A stretch of 8,973 nt of DNA. It comes from Amoeboradix gromovi X-113. Lineage: Eukaryota > Fungi > Sanchytriomycota. Position numbers and translations under genes: made by a program. Below the pieces are notes generated by a model. The model was not told where the DNA came from, searched no databases, and worked only from the letters and a program-made list of their open reading frames with translations. The stretch covers positions 1-8,973 of the forward strand of contig JADGIF010000415.1 of the NCBI GenBank assembly GCA_018985225.1, read 5' to 3'. Positions within the stretch are counted from its first letter, which is position 1, and every line of letters starts with the position of its first letter. This document shows, piece by piece, positions 1 through 7,254 of the stretch.

Positions 1-464
1 TTAAGTGTGTCGCTCACCAGGAGGGACAGTACTGACTTATCGCAGTCGGTTCCCACACATTCGGTAATTGCTGATCTAGTCCAGGTATTGTGGATGTCAA
101 AGATAGGAAAAGTAACGGCTGACATGGCAAGTTTGGCAAAATATTCATGGCATGTATTGCTACACTGAAATGTTTTCATCACTGCAAGGCTCTGACTGTA
201 ATAAATCTCTGGCAAACAAAAAACATCGTCGATCTTTTTGCATCTTATCTCATCTTGCATCACCAAGATATTCTTGGGCGTGTCTTCGCAGGCACTTAAA
301 AATGTGTCATATTCAGTGGAGCACTTGCTGCATTGATCCTGTACCTGCTTACTAAACGCACTCGAATTGGATTCAGTCGTAAAAAGAGTGGTTCCTTGAC
401 TGTAGCAGGCCTGAAAGGCCAGTGTAGACGCATTGCAGGAAGCTGGTGAGGTAGAAATGCTCAT
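1..464 (-). CDS. Cysteine-rich hypothetical protein, probably an extracellular domain (3' end outside window)
   Basis: Hand translation from ATG at 464 (context tccaaaATG) gives 154 stop-free codons to the window edge: MSISTSPASCNASTLAFQACYSQG...CSKCSTEYDTFLSACE...IRCKKIDDVFCLPE...FQCSNTCHE...TECVGTDCDKSVLSLLVSDTL. It has 11 Cys and NAS/NSS sequons. It is probably absent from the ORF track because it has no stop in the window. Confidence 0.75.
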   Translation of the reverse strand, partial: MSISTSPASCNASTLAFQACYSQGTTLFTTESNSSAFSKQVQDQCSKCSTEYDTFLSACEDTPKNILVMQDEIRCKKIDDVFCLPEIYYSQSLAVMKTFQCSNTCHEYFAKLAMSAVTFPIFDIHNTWTRSAITECVGTDCDKSVLSLLVSDTL

Positions 465-780
465 TTTGGATACTGCAGCAGATTTATCTTATTTGAAGTC
501 CGGCCAATCAGGTATACTAATGATAATACCAGTTTATTAATCAATTTGATACTCAATATCATCCATTTACTGCCTTGCAATCAAGTGACGTGATCTGGCA
601 AGGCAACTATCGACATGAATCCTGGATTAACTTTATTCATGTCACATGCGAAGTTTGTGGTTTACAGCTGTTCGCAATACTCGGGGCAGAAAATTTGGGC
701 TGCTGGTTTGTCGCTTTTATATGAATATCGTACTAAATCGGCTGTGATGTTGGTGTTGCATTGTAGCCCGTAGAAACGCC

Positions 781-1653
781 TTATTGCTCAAGAATATCTT
801 TTAGGATATATGCAGTAAAACCCAGCCTCGAAACATCGGTCCATACGTAGAGCGATTGCAAGCGAGCCAATGCAAGTAGAACCTTACCTCTTGCTCTCTC
901 AGATGCGGCAGTAAGCTTTTTGAACGGCTTTTGACTCGCAATCGCGGCTGGGTTTGTTATTCTTTTGGAGAGTGTCACGCAAGCGCGAGTGCTACCAGGA
1001 AATTTTCAATATTTAATTTACTACTCTACGACCGATATCGTATTACAAATTCGGTTTAAAGACTCGCTTAGGTCTTGGTTGTGCTTTAAGAGTATATGCT
1101 CCTTGACTTTCTCAACTGCTTCAAATGCAATCCTCTTTTCTTTCAAAGTGAGTTGTTTCGATAAGCTTTGCTGAATCCCAGCCAGTATCAAAACCATACC
1201 TTTTGTCCTCTTACATTCATTTTCTTCATTGATTAAATACAATCCCAGCAAAAATCTCGCTTTAATACTAAATGGTAGCAGTTTCATCAACCGAGCACTC
1301 CCCATTACAAATCTTCCCTCTTCAATTTCAGCAGTAGCTTTTAATATTTCAATCTCTACACCATCATCTAAAAATTCTTCGCTTGCATCCAAATATAAAG
1401 ATTCACCACTACTGTAATCTGGCAAATCCACAGCATTTATCTTCTCCCATTCATCTTGTATATTATTGACGATGTTATCATAGTCTGGAAACGCAAATTT
1501 ACTCAATTTCAACAACCATTCTTTCGCCAATGTCACATTCACTTCTATCAATGGTGTAATGGCATTGTTAGAGGTAATTGAAAACAGCTTCAGACTTTTT
1601 ATAGAATTCATGCTCTTACTTGATGATTTTTTAGCTTTCATAATTTTATCCAT
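781..1653 (-). CDS. Hypothetical alpha-helical protein, about 280 aa, 2 exons (1653-1022, 991-781)
   Basis: The 210-aa ORF (aaaaATG context) and the 65-aa ORF at 781-978 are in the same frame. They are separated by 30 nt (GTAAAT...GGTAG) that account for three in-frame stops. Splicing gives ...ISVVEYTRACVTLSKRITN...LEQ*. No family recognised. Confidence 0.7.
992..1021 (-). other. Predicted 30-nt spliceosomal intron
   Basis: GTAAATTAAATATTGAAAATTTCCTGGTAG. GT-AG ends, AT-rich, and its removal eliminates TAG/TAA/TGA and fuses two in-frame ORFs. An alternative donor 3 nt upstream (33 nt) also preserves frame. Confidence 0.65.
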
Positions 1654-1705
1654 TTTTGGCCTTGACTAAAATTGCGAAAATAATAAACAGAGATAAAAAT
1701 AGAAA

Positions 1706-2942
1706 TCAAAAATATAATTTGGCTTTTTTTATTGCTTCCAACTTGTACTGTAGCTCTTTTCTTTGTTTTTCTTTTGGCTTCCATTCGTTGAACAAATTTA
1801 TAAGTTCGTGAACCTCAGCTGCCAGCTCTGGATCTCGCTGTACTTTTGGGTCAAATAGTATACTATGCAATACTAAATTAGTTAAAAATACTCCATGGTA
1901 AATGGTACATGTTTAATTTCGTTGGAGCTTCAAATGCATCTATTTTCGCATCGTGCTTTCCAGGTATCTCAGGGCTCATGACAAAGTCAATTGCCAGTTT
2001 AAATACATTGCTATCGTCATATATGGTAGAATGACCTGTTCCCAAAAATGCTCCAGCTATTACATCGCTCAAATACACAAATAGATCTTTGTCGTTTATC
2101 ATGTTATTACGCAATTTGATTGCAAATATTACCAGCCTCAGTAAAAAATCTTGCTCGTCGTAACCTTCCAAATCCACATAAAGTGCTCGCAGTACGTTCT
2201 TATGATGTAAGGCACTTGCTAAAGAGCTATAGAGTGGAACGACTTGATCAAACCAGCTACTAACAAATACAAGTTTAACTCCAGTGTTAAGAACATCCTC
2301 CAGCGCCTCATAATATTTTTTGGATACGCCTGAGTTAGGATTGTTAAAATCAAATAATTCACGAGCATTATCCTCCATCATTTTGGTATAAGACTGAAGA
2401 TATGGAAAGGGGCCATGTGATATACCCGCCATGGCAAGCACGCAGCACTTTTGATGACTAATTATACCTAGATGAATCAACTTAGCAAGAAGAAGCATAG
2501 AAACCGGTGTACCTTGAGAATGTGTAGTAACAAAGACATAATCACTCTGCATTATAGTTTTAGCATGCAGAATCAGTTCGTCAAAGTGGTTCTCAACTCT
2601 ATATTCTATTTGACCTTGACATTCAAGTGCTATTGAGGTAATTTCAATTTCTTGATTTTCCAACTTACTCCATTCGTTGAGAGAATTGTTCATCATTTCA
2701 ATGAATTTACTGGAAGTTCCTGTAGGCTCACCCAATACGCGTTGCATAATGGAGTTGGGGAACCATCCATGGATTCCTATTACGGTAATGCGTTTAGGCA
2801 ATTTTGGTTCTTCTCTTACTTCTTGCTGCTTGAACAGCTGCATCCATTTGTGTAGTCCAAAATAGTCTATTAAAGATTGGGGTTGTCTTTTGGGTATCTT
2901 CTGTATTCTTTTATACAAAGGTAGTACTAAATTACGAGTCAT
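1706..2942 (-). CDS. YML020W-family uncharacterised alpha/beta-hydrolase, about 405 aa, 2 exons (2942-1892, 1872-1706)
   Basis: Motifs recalled for the fungal YML020W family: NLVLP, VIGIHGWFP, LGEPTGTSSKF, THSQGTPVS (nucleophile elbow, 2511-2525), LAMAGISHGPF, DQVVPLYSS, GHSTIY, YHLPW. After a 19-nt intron the frame continues ILHSILFDPKVQRDPELAAEVHELINLFNEWKPKEKQRKELQYKLEAIKKAKLYF*, matching the family's F..WKP...LE C-terminus. Confidence 0.88.
1873..1891 (-). other. Predicted 19-nt spliceosomal intron
   Basis: GTATTTTTAACTAATTTAG: GT donor, CTAAT branch-like motif, TAG acceptor. The length (1 mod 3) is exactly what is needed to join YHLPW to the conserved C-terminal exon. Confidence 0.8.
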
Positions 2943-3391
2943 GACAAAACCAAGTACTTGGGGGTTTGAGATGCAAAATAAGAAACTAAGCGCATGCCAT
3001 TATATGTGTCTTCTAATTGATTGGTTTACTATTCGCGCTAATCTGATGGTAGCTTTATGCATTACTACTTGTAATTCTGGCTTTCCGCCCATCGAACTTG
3101 ACAAACACTGTAATTGCACTAGCGCTACTAACAATGTCGCACAGTTTACAGCAAATCCATTTATTGAAGATGCCTTGGTTGAGTCAAATTGCCCTAGTAG
3201 TCAGACTAATCTAAACTAATACATATACAAATGACTATCTAGTTAGCGGCAAATGGTTAAATTATCTACTATTATCGGGGCCCTTCCTAGGCAGGCAGTG
3301 CTTATTCATCATTTTTTCAAATTTATATCAAAATTTAGTACAACTACTTTGACGTTTTACACAAAATAGATTTATTGATAAAATACCAAGT

Positions 3392-3810
3392 TCAATCAAT
3401 CATCACATCACACTGTGAAAAATCAGATCTAGCATAACAATCACTTTCGTCGCTATCATACAGAAAAACATCGGCATTAGGTAAACCATCGGTATTAGGT
3501 GAGTCATCGGTGTCAGATGAATCACTTGTATTAGGTGAAGCTTTGGATACAGTCGTAGTTTCCAATTTGCGCCGTAACCAATCCCTTACACTTCCAACTG
3601 GAGGCTGGTTCTGTTCACTATTGACTGAAGCAGATTCATCTGGGGTATTCAGAGTCGGAACTGCATACAGCATGATTGACACAAAAAGCATTTGCAATAA
3701 ACCCCTTTTTGTTTAGCATACTGGACACAAATCTCCAAAGATTTGTCACTAGTGCAACTTTTACACTGGGGAAAGGGTCTAACAGTTAATGTGGGTACTT
3801 TGATTCTCAT
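3392..3810 (-). CDS. Hypothetical protein with Cys-containing N-terminal part and acidic Ser/Asp-rich C-terminus; structure uncertain (possible 17-nt intron 3721-3705, or frameshifted pseudogene)
   Basis: ORF 3392-3697 has S/D low-complexity composition, 6-aa repeats and AATAAA about 15 nt after the stop (3376-3371). The overlapping upstream frame (ATG 3810; CKSC...C) can be joined to it by removing GTATGCTAAACAAAAAG. Confidence 0.4.
3469..3540. repeat. Degenerate 18-bp tandem repeat x4 (coding minisatellite)
   Basis: catcggcattaggtaaac / catcggtattaggtgagt / catcggtgtcagatgaat / cacttgtattaggtgaag. On the minus strand it encodes SPNTSD-SSDTDD-SPNTDG-LPNADV. Confidence 0.8.
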
Positions 3811-3909
3811 TAACTCTTTGTCAGTAGATCTCAATAAAGTAAAAAATGCAGCCGGTATCTCTCTAATGACTGCTGGGCTAATCTACATGGGCACTGAATT
3901 CCACTTTCA

Positions 3910-4218
3910 ATGAGCTGTAGCATCAAAGCTAACGGATTAGAATCGTTTTTTAGCGCATCGCTAACTAGGACCCACAATGTTGCGCAACTTGGATATAAAA
4001 TTGAATTCAACATGAACATCAAAATTTTTGACTCAACAGTCACAACTAAGGTCTACCAAAAAATTGGGGATTCTTATATTACTGTTGCTGAAAGTATCAC
4101 ACCGATTAAAATTACCGGATTGAAGACCGCGTTCCACTTGGGAAATGAGAGTTTAGATGTTGTAGGTACTGCAGACGAATCTCTAAAAGTTCATTGTACT
4201 GAGAATATTGCGGAATAA
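3910..4218 (+). CDS. Hypothetical 102-aa protein, beta-strand-like composition
   Basis: ATG-initiated ORF with alternating hydrophobic/polar patterns (YKIEFNMNIKIFD, TKVYQK, LKVHC). AATAAA overlaps the stop (4214-4219), as in the P450 gene. No family recognised; 5' end uncertain. Confidence 0.45.
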   Translation: MSCSIKANGLESFFSASLTRTHNVAQLGYKIEFNMNIKIFDSTVTTKVYQKIGDSYITVAESITPIKITGLKTAFHLGNESLDVVGTADESLKVHCTENIAE

Positions 4219-5368
4219 ATTAAATGATTTGAAATTCTTCTAGATTTTTACTTTATGCATACAATTCCCCATCGCAGTTCTGTAGATTCGCTTGATACTC
4301 CTTGGATGTTTTAATCCATAACATTAAGAAGCGATGACTAAACTAGGCCGCATTATCGTAGATTCATGACTCCAAGTGCGGTAGCCTAGACCAAGAAGAT
4401 CACTTGTGGTTAACTCAATTATGTGCTTAGTTTTAAGCTGTATCTTAAGCAAATATATGAATTAGGAACACTGACAGATGAAAAGTTTTCAATTTTATGG
4501 ATTCTCACGATTAAATCAACTAAAAAAGCCAGTCGATCCGCTACAGTGGTTACTCACGCTTCCGCTACCCAAGGCTAGATTAAGTAATGATGCATATGCT
4601 TCAAGTATACTTCCTTGCTGCCGTATGGTCGCTATTCGCTTCGCAGTGACTGTCTGCCAATATGTATGACTCCTAACTTTGTTTCTCCAGAGTACTACAC
4701 ATTAGACGTTAACTGTTCGTTCAGTTTGTAGTAAACACTCTATATGTAAATGATCAGATTCTTGGTATATGACAAAACTTGTTTCTTTACTAGACTACGA
4801 GATTCCTCAATGCAACAAACATTCTTCTTGACTTTTTAGTTTCATCTCTAATTTAATCCCATTAGTACGATTTCTTTGCGATGTATACTCTGAAAGACAT
4901 AGAAACAGAGGTACAAGACGCCATATCTTTCCATTCTTGGATTAGTTTCTAAGTGCAGAAGAATGTGATCTGTATCCATTAGCGATTTCTTTAGATATAA
5001 TATGTCTTGTCCTGGTTGCGAGGCATGGATCAATTTGGGAATGACGAAAGAAAGATAACCTGATTTTTTGTGTGACTAGAAGAGTCTAGAAAGGGCTCTT
5101 TTATGAGGGATATAGCTCGTTTTAACTACGGTAGATGATTTTACCAATTAAATTAGACAATTGCTATATTTAAGCCATTTTAATCTACAAAATAAATACT
5201 GGTGATCTGGAAACGAAGTCTATGGCATTGCATAAAGGTAAACAAATCAAGTTGCAGCCTCGCCCTTTATTCTGCAAAAAAGTACCTTTTCATAATAGAA
5301 TTTCAATCGATCCTGGCTCTAATAATGCGTGTGGCTTGAATCAATTTTCAAGATGCCCCTCTTCCGAC

Positions 5369-6154
5369 ATGGAGATTGAGATTTTTAAGTTGAAATCACA
5401 ATTACAAAAGCATATCCAGGATAAGGAAGCTCTGGTAATCATAAAAGAGTTGGAGAATATCACAGTGAATCCAGAAGTACTAAAAAAGACCAAGATTGGA
5501 ACATATATAAAGAGTATACAGACAGATGAATTAAAGCCCCACTGTGAGAAATTAATATTGAAATGGAGAAAGGATATCTCTAATGGAATGCTGCAGACTA
5601 AAAATTCAAGTGCGGATTCTATGAGTGCTAAAAGTACTGATAGAACTTTTCAGACCGACGTTAAACAGGATTTAAATTTACCAGAGATAAGACTCAAGAC
5701 TGTGCAATTTATATACAATGCACTAGTTCTTGAAGACGCAAAGATGGAACTTTTACTAGCGATATCCATGAACATAGAAATTGAGTTGTATAAAACATTT
5801 CCTGGCACTCTCTACAAAGAGAAGATGAGATCACTGTATCTTAATTTAAAAGTAAATGAGAAACTAAGGCAATCTATATTGTTAGAAGAAGTGAAACCAT
5901 CGATTTTAGTCAATATGAGTAGCGAAGAATTAGCTGCGGACCATATTAAAAAAATAAATGCCGAGCAGAAAGAAAAAGAGATGTTACATTCAATGGAAGC
6001 CACTGCACAGCACGCTAGCACTGACCAGTTCAAGTGCGGTAAATGTAAACAACGCAAATGTACATACTATCAAATGCAAACCAGAAGTGCAGACGAACCT
6101 ATGACTACGTTCGTTACTTGCACAAACTGTGGAAACAGATGGAAATTTTGTTGA
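5369..6154 (+). CDS. DST1: Transcription elongation factor TFIIS (S-II; Dst1/TCEA), about 261 aa, intronless
   Basis: N-terminal domain (LKKTKIG...LILKW), central domain (YKEKMRSLYLNLK...MSSEELA), and C-terminal Zn ribbon FKCGKCKQRKCTYYQMQTRSADEPMTTFVTCTNCGNRWKFC with the catalytic ADE hairpin. The ORF is open from ATG 5222, but homology appears to begin at MEIEIFKLK (5369). AATAAA at 6164-6169. Confidence 0.97.
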   Translation: MEIEIFKLKSQLQKHIQDKEALVIIKELENITVNPEVLKKTKIGTYIKSIQTDELKPHCEKLILKWRKDISNGMLQTKNSSADSMSAKSTDRTFQTDVKQDLNLPEIRLKTVQFIYNALVLEDAKMELLLAISMNIEIELYKTFPGTLYKEKMRSLYLNLKVNEKLRQSILLEEVKPSILVNMSSEELAADHIKKINAEQKEKEMLHSMEATAQHASTDQFKCGKCKQRKCTYYQMQTRSADEPMTTFVTCTNCGNRWKFC

Positions 6155-6353
6155 CTGAAGATTAATAAACTAAGATTATAAAGTAGTTGAAATTTTATTA
6201 TTTCTCAGTTGTGTTTTATTGAAAAAATATTTTCCTAATTATAATCAAAGCTTTTCTTTCGATTTGCTGTATTTGTATATTGAAAAATGAGATGCTAACA
6301 CAAAATCTAGACAAAAGATTAATTGTAATAATTTTATTTCTTATCAATTATTA

Positions 6354-6826
6354 CAATTGGGACACCAAATATAAAAACTAGACTAACTCATTTTTAAAGG
6401 CGGTGCACCATAAGGAGGAAATACTATCATTAATAAAAGATCTTCTTCTATTATACCAATTCTCTTTCATTACCTTCAATCCCCTCTTCAAAATAAAACT
6501 AGATATGAGGTCTTTGAGCATCTAAGCAAAAGGTGGATTTTCTTAGACGGTACTCTTTTCTAGAGTCATTTTGTAATGTTATAATAACATCATTACTCTT
6601 ATCTATTTCTTTGAAGTGTAATAGTGATATTTTATTTGAAATAAAGATTGGATGAAAGAGTAAGAGAATAGCTGTACAGAATATTTATTCTCCTTTCATA
6701 CTCGTCAACTCCGCAACTAGCTGAATGTGCACTCGTCTCTTAAATCCATAAAATTAATAAAGCTGAAATAATCTTCCAAGTTGTTACAGAAAGTTAGTCC
6801 AGGTTTTATATTTGATGTCCCAATTG
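6354..6826. mobile_element. Non-autonomous DNA transposon (MITE), Tc1/mariner-type, 473 bp
   Basis: 35-bp terminal inverted repeats at 6354-6388 (CAATTGGGACACCAAATATAAAAACTAGACTAACT) and 6792-6826 (reverse complement CAATTGGGACATCAAATATAAAACCTGGACTAACT), 32/35 identical. Each end is flanked by TA (6352-6353, 6827-6828). No long ORF inside. Confidence 0.85.
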
Positions 6827-7254
6827 TAGATTTTATTCAGCACTGTGATTGATTCGTCCTTGGTATTCTAGCTGATATAAATGATCGATAACATCAATTT
6901 TGAACAAATCTAGGCAGCGGTTGGAACATGGGCTTTCATTTTTATCTGTATACTATTACATGAAAAAAGAGAACAAAGGCAGTCCGGCAAATCTTAACTA
7001 AATTATTTCGATGGAATTTAGCATTTACTTCACCAACCTTTTTCAAGAACGTTATAAGAACAATGGAACGAAGCTTTAAGTCACGGATTGTTTTTTAAAA
7101 TCAATGAAACACCAGACTTACAGAAAAGACATTATCGTAAATGTGCCTCAGAATATTTAGGTAATGAGTTGAATTCCTTCGTAAAATTGCTTGGTGGAGT
7201 TTTTATAGCCTGTATCTTAAATGGCAGAATTTTTGTTCATGCTATTTATTGTTT

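Noticed and set aside
152-355. 67-aa plus-strand ORF
   Set aside because: Antisense shadow of the longer Cys-rich minus-strand ORF.
504-593. CCAAT box (504-508) and CRE-like TGACGTGA (586-593) upstream of the Cys-rich gene
   Set aside because: Short motifs expected by chance; no TSS evidence.
992-1023. Stop-codon reassignment (for example TAR=Gln as in some aphelids) as the reason for interrupted ORFs
   Set aside because: All three stop types occur in this gap, the conserved genes have no internal TAA/TAG and end properly on TAA or TGA, and GT-AG introns explain the breaks.
965-1417. Plus-strand ORFs 965-1174 and 1229-1417
   Set aside because: Shadows of the 781-1653 gene.
2652-3219. Plus-strand ORFs 2652-2855, 2677-2865 and 2890-3219
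   Set aside because: Non-ATG starts, antisense to or overlapping the hydrolase gene, no recognisable motifs.
3469-3540. 18-bp repeats as a possible CRISPR-like array
   Set aside because: Contiguous degenerate tandem units with no spacers, length a multiple of 3; explained as a coding repeat.
3510-4043. ORFs 3510-3716 (+) and 3831-4043 (-)
   Set aside because: GTG starts; best explained as shadow frames of the opposite-strand ORFs.
4220-5220. Short ORFs and motif-like fragments (4478-4669 +, 4848-5033 -, MSCPGCEAWI near 5002, SEYTSQ near 4880 on the minus strand)
   Set aside because: Frames close quickly. The lone CxxC and the EYTSQ lack supporting context (no following CxxC). This may be decayed coding DNA, but I cannot support a call.
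5812-6057. 81-aa minus-strand ORF
   Set aside because: Antisense shadow of TFIIS.
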